Assembly: GCA_016872115.1 (NCBI GenBank)
Contig: VHBC01000008.1
Coordinates: forward strand, 15,430-79,429
Length of the DNA: 64,000 nucleotides
Direction of reading: 5' to 3'
Source of the DNA: Sphingomonadales bacterium
GTDB taxonomy: Bacteria; Bacteroidota; Bacteroidia; Flavobacteriales_D; Crocinitomicaceae
The notes under the pieces: model-generated
What the model was told of the DNA's origin: nothing
What the model saw: only the letters and a program-made list of their open reading frames with translations
The model's database searches: none
Position numbers and translations under genes: made by a program
Shown here: positions 8,371-17,488 of the stretch, one piece after another
How positions within the stretch are numbered: position 1 is the stretch's first letter
How the letters are laid out: each line of letters opens with the position of its first letter

Positions 8371-11052
8371 TTATAATTTGCTAATGCGCTGCACCAAGAA
8401 ATGATTTGTATCGGTAAAATGGATCAAATAAGTTCCTTGCTCAAACGCGCTCAAATCAAATTCAAAAGAAAGACCCATTGCCTTTTCTTGAAGGAGCACC
8501 TTTCCATTTATATCGGTAATGGTAACTTGACCGTTTATCGATTGGGACAATTGAACATTAACCATAGATTGTGTTGGATTTGGTGCGATTTGAGCAAATA
8601 AGCTGTTGTTTTCAAAACCAAGTACGCCATCAACGCCGTCGCAGTTTTCGTCGATGCCGTTTCCTTCTGTATCCGTTGCACCTGGATAAACCGCGTTATT
8701 GCTATCGTCGCAATCGCCATTTTGAGTTGCATAACCAGCAACCGGTGTGCAAGCAACAGTTGGATTACCTATTCCAAAACCGTCGCCGTCAAAGTCAAAA
8801 TAATAATTGACAAAAGTGAGGCCTTCGTCGTTTTGGCCGTTACAATTATTGTCGAAGCCATCGCAGATTTCTGGTGCTCCTGGATAAATAGCGTTGTTAT
8901 TGTCATCGCAATCGCCGCCGATTGGAATCAAATTCACTGGCACTTGACAAAATGGCGTACCCGTTGCGTCATCGCCAAAACCGTCGTTGTCGGCGTCAAC
9001 ATAATACATTACAGGAGCCGTAATGCTGGCGTTGTTGTCGTCGCAATCGCCACTAGCCAATACATAGCCTGCAGGTTGCAGACAAGCCACTAAAGTGACC
9101 GCTGTATTTCCAACTTGATCGTTATCTAAATCTTGGTACCAAATGGTGTTCGGATTCACCGCAGCATTGCTGTCATTACAATCGGTGTTATTGGAAACAT
9201 AACCAACTGGAGCGTTGCAAACAAGTGTGTCGTTTGCTGCATCACCAAAGCCATCACCATCAGTATCTGCATAATATAAGGTGGGGGTAATCGAAATAGC
9301 GTTGCCCCACACCGAAACGTTATCCATACGCAAAGTTGAAGTGGCCGTCGCTTGGTTGATGACATAAAAGCGGAAAGTAACTGCTGCAACATTTGCAAAA
9401 GCAGCCGGAAGTAAAACAGTATCTGAAAGCATGACATTTCCATTCCAAGAGGAAGCAATTGTATCAATGTTAGCTGTATAGTTATCTAAACTAGAACGCA
9501 CAAAAATGGTTGGCGTTCCACCTGTAGAACTTGTGCGGTGATTCAAGGCTAATTTTGACAAATTTAAATTTGTACAGTTAGCGCCTGTTATGGTAAATTG
9601 GTTGTATTGACCGGCATCAAAAGCTGCTGATTGATTCCAACCACTGCGGTTAAAAATACCACCGCCAGATGCACAACTTGTGCCTTGTGCTGTAAAATCT
9701 GAGAAGGTCCAATTTGAACTTGTATTTGTTGCAGCGACATCTTGGGTAGCACAATCTAAAGTTCCGGCAAATTCATAAATACCCAACTGAAGCGGTGCGT
9801 CAAAACCATTGCAATCTTCGTCGATGCCATTGCCTGCGATATCCACTGCTCCAGGATAAATGGCGTTGTTGTTGTCGTTGCAGTCAGAGCTATTGGTAAC
9901 ATAGCCTGGAATAGCTGCACAACCTGTTTGTGAAACCGCTGCATTTCCGAAACCGTCGTTATCTAAATCTTGGTAATAAGTCAAAGAGCCTACAATTGTT
10001 AAATTGAGGGTAATGGTGCTGTCACAACCTGCTACATTTTGGGTAAGTTGGGTATAAGTTCCCGATGCACTGTAGGTTTGGTTATTTAATGTATAAGCGC
10101 CACAATTTGTAATGTTCAAAGTAGAAGCATTCGCGTTGTTGATGGTCAAATTCAAGTTGATAATTGAGTCACAACCTGCCGCATTTGCGTTGGCCAAAGT
10201 TTGCACATAAGTACCCGAAGTCGTATAAGTTTGATTATTCAAAGAATAGGTATTGCAAGCGGAAGCAGTAATTGTATTGTAGCTTACGCAAGAGGCGGCA
10301 GCTGTTGGTGTTACTGCTGCCCAGGTTGTACCTACACGGATTTCATCTATTTCCATAGTTCCTATTCCAGTAGACTGACGCAAACAAATTGCAATTGGCG
10401 GATTCGTTGGCCAACCTGAAGTACCTCCAGTACTAATGACACTTGCAGCAGGCTCAGCAGCACCTGGAATCGGATTAACCCAAAGTGAAGCAGTAATTGG
10501 ATCTCCAACATTTGCTGCAGAAGCTTTGACAACTACAAAATACGTTGTGTTTGGATTAAATTCCTGAGCAATAAATGTGGGTTGAGCTGAGGTCCCTCCA
10601 GTAGTATTGAGGATACCGAGCTTAAATTGGTTTGGATTTGTTCCAAGCGCAATGTGTAAGCGTGGAATAAAAATTTGAAAAGCATTGGCGGAATTATTTG
10701 CTCCTAAATGTATGAAATAGCTACCTGATGCATTCATATTTGATAAATCAGTTACGTTCATCAAAAACGAAAAATAAATACTAGTTCCTGTAACTACGAT
10801 AGGTTTATTGATATCTTCAGTTACAGAACCTGATATAGAAACCCTGTTACCCGAAGAAGCTTCTAAACCCGAAAAGCTAAGGCTATTCCCCGCTGCTGAA
10901 GGTGTCGTTAAAGCTGTAATTGGACCGGTGGTGCCGCTGTGAACTGTCCAACCGTTTGCTGAGGCTAAACCCGTAAAATTAAAAGATTCAAATGCCTGGG
11001 CAAAAACATTGACGCTCAGAATTGTAAGTATAAAAAGTAGACCTTTTTTCAT
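8371..11052 (-). CDS. Secreted multidomain protein with five Cys/Asp-rich MopE-like modules and a T9SS C-terminal sorting domain
   Basis: 893 aa. Signal peptide MKKGLLFILTILSVNVFAQ. Five repeats of YYxDxDGDGFG...C...GY....DC[ND]DxNxxxxPG. C-terminal IAPNPTQSMVNVQL...GTYLIHF tail. Confidence 0.7.
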   Translation of the reverse strand: MKKGLLFILTILSVNVFAQAFESFNFTGLASANGWTVHSGTTGPITALTTPSAAGNSLSFSGLEASSGNRVSISGSVTEDINKPIVVTGTSIYFSFLMNVTDLSNMNASGSYFIHLGANNSANAFQIFIPRLHIALGTNPNQFKLGILNTTGGTSAQPTFIAQEFNPNTTYFVVVKASAANVGDPITASLWVNPIPGAAEPAASVISTGGTSGWPTNPPIAICLRQSTGIGTMEIDEIRVGTTWAAVTPTAAASCVSYNTITASACNTYSLNNQTYTTSGTYVQTLANANAAGCDSIINLNLTINNANASTLNITNCGAYTLNNQTYSASGTYTQLTQNVAGCDSTITLNLTIVGSLTYYQDLDNDGFGNAAVSQTGCAAIPGYVTNSSDCNDNNNAIYPGAVDIAGNGIDEDCNGFDAPLQLGIYEFAGTLDCATQDVAATNTSSNWTFSDFTAQGTSCASGGGIFNRSGWNQSAAFDAGQYNQFTITGANCTNLNLSKLALNHRTSSTGGTPTIFVRSSLDNYTANIDTIASSWNGNVMLSDTVLLPAAFANVAAVTFRFYVINQATATSTLRMDNVSVWGNAISITPTLYYADTDGDGFGDAANDTLVCNAPVGYVSNNTDCNDSNAAVNPNTIWYQDLDNDQVGNTAVTLVACLQPAGYVLASGDCDDNNASITAPVMYYVDADNDGFGDDATGTPFCQVPVNLIPIGGDCDDNNNAIYPGAPEICDGFDNNCNGQNDEGLTFVNYYFDFDGDGFGIGNPTVACTPVAGYATQNGDCDDSNNAVYPGATDTEGNGIDENCDGVDGVLGFENNSLFAQIAPNPTQSMVNVQLSQSINGQVTITDINGKVLLQEKAMGLSFEFDLSAFEQGTYLIHFTDTNHFLVQRISKL

Positions 11053-11130
11053 AAATTGATTTTTGGTAATGTAAAATTACAACTTTGTCCGTTAATATAC
11101 GGTAAATTGAGTTGAAGAAAGCAACAAAAA

Positions 11131-11154
11131 AAGGGTGAAGTTGCCTCCACCCTT
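11131..11154 (-). terminator. Probable terminator downstream of pnp
   Basis: AAGGGTG...CACCCTT stem with a 10-nt loop. The preceding A run gives a U tract on the minus strand. Confidence 0.5.
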
Positions 11155-11176
11155 TTGATTTATTTGCGAGAAATTT

Positions 11177-13327
11177 TTATTCCGCGGCAGGTTGTTCTGG
11201 TGCCGGACGTTCCGGACGCGGCAACAACACTTTGCGAGATAATTTCCATTTTTTCGTTTTAGGGTCTTTGCCTAACACTTTGAAAGTGAGCATTTCGCCT
11301 TCTTTAACGACATCTTCCATTTTTGCTGTTTTTTCCCAAGCAAATTCGGAGATGTGGATCAGACCATCTGTACCTGGTACGATTTCAACGAAACAACCGA
11401 ATTCTTTGACAGACTTCACTTTCCCTTCGTAAGTTGCACCTTCCTCTACTTGAGGAGGGAAGGCAATTTGACGGATTATGCGAATAGCCTCTGCCATGTC
11501 GTTTCCGTTGTTTGAAAGCACCTGAACGCGGCCTTCACCATTTGGTAATTCTTCAATGGTGATGGTGGTTTTGGTTTCTTTCTGTAAGCCTTGAATGATT
11601 TTTCCTCCAGGCCCGATGATGGCACCGATCATTTCGTTTGGCACGTTGAAGGCCTCTAGACGCGGTGTTTGCGGCTTGAGCTCTGGGCGTGGTGCTGGCA
11701 TGGTTTCGGTAATTTTACCAAGGATATGCAAACGACCTGCACGTGACTGCTCAAGTGCTTGTGTCAATACCTCGTATGGTAAACCATCGACTTTGATGTC
11801 CATTTGGCAAGCGGTAATGCCATTGGCAGTACCGGTTACTTTAAAATCCATGTCTCCGAGGTGATCTTCGTCTCCGAGGATGTCAGACAATACGGCAAAT
11901 TTACCTTCGTCGGCAACTAGGCCCATGGCAATACCAGAAACTGGAGCCTTGATTGGCACACCGCCATCCATGAGCGCAAGCGTACCCGCACAAACAGTTG
12001 CCATAGAAGACGAACCATTAGACTCTAGAATATCAGAAACAATGCGCACAGCGTAAGGGTAGTCGTCTGGCATTACTGGCTTTAATGCACGCAATGCCAA
12101 GTTTCCGTGGCCGATTTCACGACGTGAAGTTCCGCGAAGTGGACGCGCCTCCCCTGTAGAGAATGGTGGGAAGTTGTAGTGAAGTAAGAACTTCTCTGTT
12201 CCTTGGAAAGTAGCACCGTCGATCATTTGTTCGTCCATTTTACCACCTAGGGTAAGGGTTGTAAGCGATTGGGTTTCACCGCGGGTAAACACAGCAGAAC
12301 CGTGCACCATTGGTAGGTAATCTACCTCTGCCCAAATCGGACGAATTTCGTCAAATTGGCGGCCATCAAGGCGCTTGCGGTCATTGAGCATCACCCAACG
12401 AACTGCTTTTTTCTTTACTTCTGAGAAATAGGTAGAAATGAATTTTGAAGCATGCTCCAATTCCTCTTCAGAAAAAGCAGCTTTTACTTCAGCTTTTATG
12501 GCGTCGAATAATTCGGTACGTTTTGCCTTATTAGCCAAGCCCATTCGCGCTATATCTTTGCACTTTTCCATAGCGAGTTCGTACACTTTTGAGCGTACGT
12601 CTTCATCGTGGTTTTCGTGGCAATATTCGCGCTTAGGGTTTGCTGTTGGGATTTCAGCTGCGAGCTGCAATTGGAAATTACACTGCTCGATAATAGCAGC
12701 GTGTGCCAATTTGATGACTTCAACTAATTCAGCTTCTGAGATTTCTTGCATTTCACCTTCGACCATATTGACGTCTTTTGCAGTACCTGCAATAACTACA
12801 TCAATATCAGAGAGTGCAATTTCAGCCATTGTTGGATTGATGATGAACTCACCATTTACACGACCCACACGCACTTCAGACATAGGGCCATTGAATGGGA
12901 TATCTGAAACAGCGATGGCAGCTGAAGCTGCAAAACCACAGAGTGCATCTGGGTTGTTTACGCCATCGTAAGACATGAGTTGAATCATGACCTGAACCTC
13001 AGCATGGTAATCGTCTGGAAAAAGTGGACGCAAAGCGCGGTCAACTAAACGCATCACGAGAATTTCAGTTTCTGACGGACGCGCCTCGCGACGGAAGAAG
13101 CCGCCAGGGAAACGACCCGCAGCTGCGTATTTTTCACGGTAATCTACAGTTAATGGAAGAAAATCGACGCCTTCCTTTGCGTCTGGAGCTGCTACAACAG
13201 TAGCGAGCAACATGGTGTCGCCCATGCGCACCACAACAGAACCATCTGCCTGTTTTGCCAACTTCCCGGTCTCTACAAGGATTTCCTTGCCGCCGGTCAT
13301 CATTGACTTTCTTGTTCCTATATTCAT
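11177..13327 (-). CDS. pnp: Polyribonucleotide nucleotidyltransferase (PNPase)
   Basis: 716 aa. N-terminus [17 protein letters not shown], two RNase PH-like halves, C-terminal KH and S1 regions. Located directly downstream of rpsO. Confidence 0.95.
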   Translation of the reverse strand: MNIGTRKSMMTGGKEILVETGKLAKQADGSVVVRMGDTMLLATVVAAPDAKEGVDFLPLTVDYREKYAAAGRFPGGFFRREARPSETEILVMRLVDRALRPLFPDDYHAEVQVMIQLMSYDGVNNPDALCGFAASAAIAVSDIPFNGPMSEVRVGRVNGEFIINPTMAEIALSDIDVVIAGTAKDVNMVEGEMQEISEAELVEVIKLAHAAIIEQCNFQLQLAAEIPTANPKREYCHENHDEDVRSKVYELAMEKCKDIARMGLANKAKRTELFDAIKAEVKAAFSEEELEHASKFISTYFSEVKKKAVRWVMLNDRKRLDGRQFDEIRPIWAEVDYLPMVHGSAVFTRGETQSLTTLTLGGKMDEQMIDGATFQGTEKFLLHYNFPPFSTGEARPLRGTSRREIGHGNLALRALKPVMPDDYPYAVRIVSDILESNGSSSMATVCAGTLALMDGGVPIKAPVSGIAMGLVADEGKFAVLSDILGDEDHLGDMDFKVTGTANGITACQMDIKVDGLPYEVLTQALEQSRAGRLHILGKITETMPAPRPELKPQTPRLEAFNVPNEMIGAIIGPGGKIIQGLQKETKTTITIEELPNGEGRVQVLSNNGNDMAEAIRIIRQIAFPPQVEEGATYEGKVKSVKEFGCFVEIVPGTDGLIHISEFAWEKTAKMEDVVKEGEMLTFKVLGKDPKTKKWKLSRKVLLPRPERPAPEQPAAE

Positions 13328-13360
13328 CTTTATTTATTTACAACTTTTAAAACAAAAGAA

Positions 13361-13386
13361 GGGGCTATCGATGTTATCGAAGCCCC
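13361..13386 (-). terminator. rpsO terminator / pnp leader hairpin
   Basis: GGGGCTATCGAT-gtt-ATCGAAGCCCC, 11 bp with one bulge. On the minus strand it is followed by UUCUUUUGUUUU. It sits between rpsO and pnp. Confidence 0.7.
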
Positions 13387-13420
13387 CTCTCCCATAAAAT
13401 TTTCCGAGTTTGACGCAGAA

Positions 13421-13690
13421 TTAACGACGGAGTCCTAATTCTTTGATCAAGGCACGGTATTTTTCGATGTCTTTTGCCTTTAGGTAATCTAGAAGGCTAC
13501 GACGCTTACCAACCAACAATTGAAGTGCGCGTTGGGTGCCGTAGTCTTTGCGGTTCTTTTTCAAGTGCTCAGTAAGGTGGCTGATGCGAAAAGTAAACAA
13601 GGCAATTTGCCCCTCTGTAGAACCGGTATTGGTTTCTGAACCACCGTGTTTGGCGAAGATCTCTTTCTTCTTTGTTGAATCTAAATACAT
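13421..13690 (-). CDS. rpsO: 30S ribosomal protein S15
   Basis: 89 aa with typical S15 sequence (HLKKNRKDYGTQRALQLLVGKRRSLLDYL). Confidence 0.95.
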   Translation of the reverse strand: MYLDSTKKKEIFAKHGGSETNTGSTEGQIALFTFRISHLTEHLKKNRKDYGTQRALQLLVGKRRSLLDYLKAKDIEKYRALIKELGLRR

Positions 13691-13747
13691 GCTAATATTT
13701 GTGTAAATGATTATTATGTAGACTGACCACCTTGGTCAATACGGGTG

Positions 13748-13755
13748 CAAAGATA
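13748..13755 (-). promoter_or_regulatory. -7 promoter box (TATCTTTG) for rpsO
   Basis: Exact TAnnTTTG on the minus strand, about 57 nt upstream of the rpsO ATG. The leader contains hairpin TGACC-n5-GGTCA at 13724-13738. Confidence 0.4.
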
Positions 13756-13781
13756 TGAACTCTTTTTGAATCTTACAAAAA

Positions 13782-13805
13782 AAGCCGCCTCTTTCGAAAC
13801 GGCTT
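13782..13805 (-). terminator. Terminator after the 632-aa membrane protein gene
   Basis: AAGCCG...CGGCTT stem. The A7 run at 13777-13783 gives a U tract on the minus strand. Confidence 0.55.
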
Positions 13806-13840
13806 CTTTCTCAAATGACTGGATTAGTGCAAAACGCGGT

Positions 13841-15739
13841 TTATTGAACAATTGTTCCGCTCAACTCCTCAAGCATTTTCATGATAGAATCAACTTGATT
13901 TGAAGTGGTGTCGCTGAGGCTATTCCATTGGAAATAAACTACAAGTAATGCAGCCAACACCAACCACGCCAACCAAGGCTGTTGGTTGTTTTTACTTTGT
14001 TCTTCGTCAATGGCAGCGACTATTCTCGAACCATTGTGTGCATCGTAGATCGGCTTAACAGTATGGGCGTAAAGATTAAATACAAAAGCAATTACGATTG
14101 CTAACAAGGCATAATTGGCAATCAGCAACAATAAGTATGTCAAGCAGTAGCTCATCCAATTCGCAGCAAAGCGCTCATTTACTTTTTGTGTTGCAGCAAT
14201 TTGCATTTCCAAAAATCGATTGTGACGCTCTTTGGATATAGACAAAGTCTTACTTAAAGACTTTAGATTATTGCGCATTGGCATGTAGAATTCAGCTAAA
14301 TCCGGGTTAGAATTAATGGTAGCATTGATATCTACTATTTGATCATCGAGTGATTTTAATTGATCATTATAGTTTGCATTTACTGATTTTTTATACCCAC
14401 GTAAGACTTCTAATTCCTCAGTATTGGCTTTTGTGTTTGAATCGAAATCAGCTGCCGTGATGATGGGCTTTAGATCATTAGTGCCAAAAATAAGAGCACT
14501 TGACAAGTAATCAGTGTAACGCTTGTTTTCAGCGAGTTCATAGCGCAAAGTCACTTCGTTTTGGAGTGTCTCAAGTGCGGTATCGAAGTCTGCATTTTTT
14601 GTGCTATCTGGATTAATTAAAAGAGCAACTTTATTCAACACTTGATTTTGATCAAGTTGGTCATTGATTGCCTTTGTTTTTGCACTTAAACGATTTTCTA
14701 CCCAGTTTGCAGTTGCAAAATTGGCGCCTTGCTCTAAAACTGCCCAAGGCAAAATAATTACAACAACGGAGACTGCAACAACTAAAATAGGTTGGTAAAC
14801 AAATGCTAAACTATGGTTGAATGAAGTTTTGATGTATTCGTAAATATTTTCTGACCATTTATCTGAAGCATGTTCATTAGAAAAAATGACACCCACATTG
14901 GTGAGGTATAGCAAAGCAAGCAAAGTTAGTACGATAATTGTTGCTGCCACAACATTTGGCGCATGTAAGATTCCGGATAAAATACCTCCCCATTTTGTAT
15001 TTCCGTCGAAGATGTTTAAGAAATAAAATACGCCGAAAATGGCAACAAGAATAGCCATGATGGTCAGCGAAAAACGCAAACTTTTCATCGCGGCATCTTT
15101 GCTTTGATAAATTGTAGATGCTACAACCCAGACCAAGGCAAGTGATAATGCAAACAATGGGCCGTATTCAACAAGCAATTGCTGGTCTGTAAGAAAACCA
15201 ATAAACACGAGGAGTCCTGAAGCGATTGCTCCGTAAAGTGTTGGCCAAAAAACATTTACATATCCTTGACGATTCAAGGTTCCTGGGACAGCGTGAATAA
15301 CGGCTAGTAATAATTGAAAAGGCCATTTAATGAGGTAATGAAAGGCAAGTTTAGCTAACAACCAAACGGATGGTTTGAAAACTTCGTTCCAGAGCCACAA
15401 CACGATTGTCGAAACCCATTTATAAACAAAGTTGGTTACAAAGGTAGTGGCTTCTAGAAGTAAAAAAAGTGCATAGACACCAACATTGTAAACCACAGAC
15501 AAGGCTATTGCAATAATAGACAAAGGTGCATACCAACTTGATTCTTGTGCAATTCGTTGCGCCAATGCATCGCGATCTATTAAACCCTGAGGTGATTTAG
15601 ACATCCATTTAGATAGGATGTATCCGCCGAGGGCAAGCGCCATCCAATTAGCGATAAAAAATGACACCCAATTCGAAAAAAAAGCACCATTTCCGAACAG
15701 CTCATTGAGCATTTTTAAAGGTAAATTAAGTAGTTCCAT
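13841..15739 (-). CDS. Hypothetical polytopic membrane protein with a central coiled-coil-like segment
   Basis: 632 aa. About 10 hydrophobic helices in the first 340 aa, then a polar N/D/K/E/L-rich segment of about 180 aa, then two C-terminal TM helices. No recognisable catalytic motif. Confidence 0.5.
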   Translation of the reverse strand: MELLNLPLKMLNELFGNGAFFSNWVSFFIANWMALALGGYILSKWMSKSPQGLIDRDALAQRIAQESSWYAPLSIIAIALSVVYNVGVYALFLLLEATTFVTNFVYKWVSTIVLWLWNEVFKPSVWLLAKLAFHYLIKWPFQLLLAVIHAVPGTLNRQGYVNVFWPTLYGAIASGLLVFIGFLTDQQLLVEYGPLFALSLALVWVVASTIYQSKDAAMKSLRFSLTIMAILVAIFGVFYFLNIFDGNTKWGGILSGILHAPNVVAATIIVLTLLALLYLTNVGVIFSNEHASDKWSENIYEYIKTSFNHSLAFVYQPILVVAVSVVVIILPWAVLEQGANFATANWVENRLSAKTKAINDQLDQNQVLNKVALLINPDSTKNADFDTALETLQNEVTLRYELAENKRYTDYLSSALIFGTNDLKPIITAADFDSNTKANTEELEVLRGYKKSVNANYNDQLKSLDDQIVDINATINSNPDLAEFYMPMRNNLKSLSKTLSISKERHNRFLEMQIAATQKVNERFAANWMSYCLTYLLLLIANYALLAIVIAFVFNLYAHTVKPIYDAHNGSRIVAAIDEEQSKNNQQPWLAWLVLAALLVVYFQWNSLSDTTSNQVDSIMKMLEELSGTIVQ

Positions 15740-15889
15740 AGCAATATAGATTTAGGATTAGCATGACCAATATAAGAATAAATATTTTTAATATAACCTG
15801 CTAACAGACTGATTTATTAACAATTAGGTCTTTTTTTTACATTTCAAAGAAAAAATTTAAAACATCCAAGCTACCATTGCTTATTTGTG

Positions 15890-15897
15890 TACCTTTG
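15890..15897 (+). promoter_or_regulatory. -7 promoter box (TACCTTTG) in front of the cobalamin riboswitch
   Basis: Exact TAnnTTTG. It places +1 at about 15901, right at the 5' edge of the riboswitch. Confidence 0.45.
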
Positions 15898-15899
15898 TA

Positions 15900-16075
15900 T
15901 CGTTCTTTGGTGTTCGCTTGTCGAACTTAATAAGGAATCCGGTGTAAATCCGGAGCTGTATCTGCAGCTGTAAGTGTCTTGAAAAAGGCGTTTCAAAACA
16001 ACCACTGCATCGGCGGGAAGGTGAGACGTCAATGAGCACGAGCCAGAAGACTTGCCTTTGAACAGCGTGAAGACT
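15900..16075 (+). promoter_or_regulatory. Cobalamin (B12) riboswitch
   Basis: Core AAUAAGGAAUCCGGUGUAAAUCCGGAGCUGUAUCUGCAGCUGUAAG (15929-15974), CCACUG...GGGAAGG (16002-16021) and B12 box AGCCAGAAGACUUGCC (16041-16056), in the order and spacing of the cobalamin riboswitch consensus. Confidence 0.85.
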
Positions 16076-16167
16076 TCAGATTAAAGTCGGTATCGCCAAG
16101 GGCTTCGTATACCCTTGCCGCTCCACTTTTTTCCATGTCATTGTTTAATTTTTTTAATTTTCAACAC

Positions 16168-17421
16168 ATGAAAAAAGGATTATTTTTTGCTGCTGTATTG
16201 TGTAGCTCTGGGCTCTTTGCTCAACAATACACCCACCAAGTACTCATTGCCAACGAAGGTTTTTTTGACTTTCAAACAAACGCGATCATCGAACCGGCAA
16301 CCATTGGTTCGTACAATCCAAGTACCCAAGCGTATGTTGTAGTTGATACCCTAGAAGGGCAGCGCTTCAGTTCCGATGTACTTATCGATGGCAACACTTA
16401 TTTTGTGGCTGCCGACACCAAAATTTACAAGTTCGACTTAAATTCTCACCAAGAACTTGGCAGCATTACGCTTCCCGGCGTGCGCAATTTAGCGATTGCC
16501 GGCAATCAACTGATTGCCACCCGCGGAGAATACATCCAAACATTCGCTTCTTATTTGCAAGTCTTCGACAAAAACAGCCTACAACTACTTGCTGCGTTGG
16601 ACACCATCACCGGCCCGAAGTGGGCAAGCCAAAATATCGAAGTAATAAACAACATTGCCTACATTGCTGTAAATAATGCCTACGAGTTGGGGAACGAAAA
16701 AGGTCTAATTGGCCAACTCGACCTCAATACATTAACTTACGGCTCCGAAATTGACTTAGGCGCTGAAGGTAAAAATCCGGATAACATGTTTGTGTTCAAC
16801 AACGAATTGTATACTGTGAACAACAAAGACTGGTCTGGCGCTTCGGTTTCTAAAATCAGTTTAAATGGCGCGGTCAATACGCAAAACATCGCAAATGCAG
16901 TAACGGGATGTGGAACCTCCGCCCTGCGCGACGACAAACTCGTGTATCAAATCTCCATGGAAAACACCCTCAACGAATACAACCTGCTCAGCATGAATGC
17001 AGTTGGCCCCGTTGCAGGTATTAGCAATAATTTCTACGAACTTGCACAAAATCCACAAAGTGGAGAGCTATACACCTCCACTACTGATTTCTTTTCTCAA
17101 GGCATGGTACACATCTACGATGCAAGCAACACACTTCTCAATCAATTCAGTGTAGGTGTCTCTCCAGGCACCATCGTTTTTGATATCCGTTCCAGTTCGG
17201 GTCTCAATGAGATAGAAAATGTACTACAAGTTTATCCGAACCCATCGAATGGTATTTTCCGTGTTAACGGGCTTCAACCGGGTCAAACACTTCACATTTT
17301 CAACGCTGCTGGTCAGGAAGTTTTAACTTCAAACCAAGCGGAAATTGACCTCAAGAGTTTTGAAAGTGGCATTTATTTTTTAAAATCTAATGAAGGCTGC
17401 ATCAAGCTCGTTAAAAACTAA
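16168..17421 (+). CDS. Secreted beta-propeller-like protein with a T9SS C-terminal domain, riboswitch-controlled (possible BtuG-like corrinoid-binding protein)
   Basis: 417 aa from ATG 16168 (signal peptide MKKGLFFAAVLCSSGLFAQ). Repeated beta-rich blades. C-terminal VYPNPSNGIFRVNG...GIYFLKS tail. It is the only gene between the riboswitch and the terminator. Confidence 0.6.
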   Translation: MKKGLFFAAVLCSSGLFAQQYTHQVLIANEGFFDFQTNAIIEPATIGSYNPSTQAYVVVDTLEGQRFSSDVLIDGNTYFVAADTKIYKFDLNSHQELGSITLPGVRNLAIAGNQLIATRGEYIQTFASYLQVFDKNSLQLLAALDTITGPKWASQNIEVINNIAYIAVNNAYELGNEKGLIGQLDLNTLTYGSEIDLGAEGKNPDNMFVFNNELYTVNNKDWSGASVSKISLNGAVNTQNIANAVTGCGTSALRDDKLVYQISMENTLNEYNLLSMNAVGPVAGISNNFYELAQNPQSGELYTSTTDFFSQGMVHIYDASNTLLNQFSVGVSPGTIVFDIRSSSGLNEIENVLQVYPNPSNGIFRVNGLQPGQTLHIFNAAGQEVLTSNQAEIDLKSFESGIYFLKSNEGCIKLVKN

Positions 17422-17441
17422 AAAATAACCTTTAGAAAAAA

Positions 17442-17467
17442 GGCCGCTCAATCGAGTGGCCTTTTTT
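17442..17467 (+). terminator. Rho-independent terminator of the riboswitch-controlled gene
   Basis: GGCCGCTC-aatc-GAGTGGCC hairpin followed by T6. Confidence 0.85.
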
Positions 17468-17476
17468 GTGTTTGTT

Positions 17477-17484
17477 TATCTTTG
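17477..17484 (+). promoter_or_regulatory. -7 promoter box (TATCTTTG), 4 nt before ATG 17489
   Basis: TATCTTTG ttgt ATG. Exact TAnnTTTG, implying a leaderless or near-leaderless mRNA. Confidence 0.45.
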
Positions 17485-17488
17485 TTGT

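Noticed and set aside
8650-9300. Periodic DNA similarity inside the 893-aa gene (and at 44927-45832 in the 1035-aa gene), considered as tandem DNA repeats or an array
   Set aside because: The periodicity is at the protein-domain level (MopE-like and SprB-like modules). It is in frame, the nucleotide sequence has diverged, and there are no spacers.
12438-12971. 177-aa plus-strand ORF inside pnp
   Set aside because: It lies entirely antisense to a highly conserved gene, has Ser/Ala-rich shadow-ORF composition, and has no promoter or terminator.
17437-17467. Near-identical hairpins AAAAAGGCC(G/A)CTC....GAGTGGCCTTTTT at 17437-17467 and 63964-63992, considered as copies of a REP/MITE-like element
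   Set aside because: The similarity is confined to the GC stem and the A/T flanks typical of intrinsic terminators, and each sits exactly at a gene end. There is no extended flanking homology.
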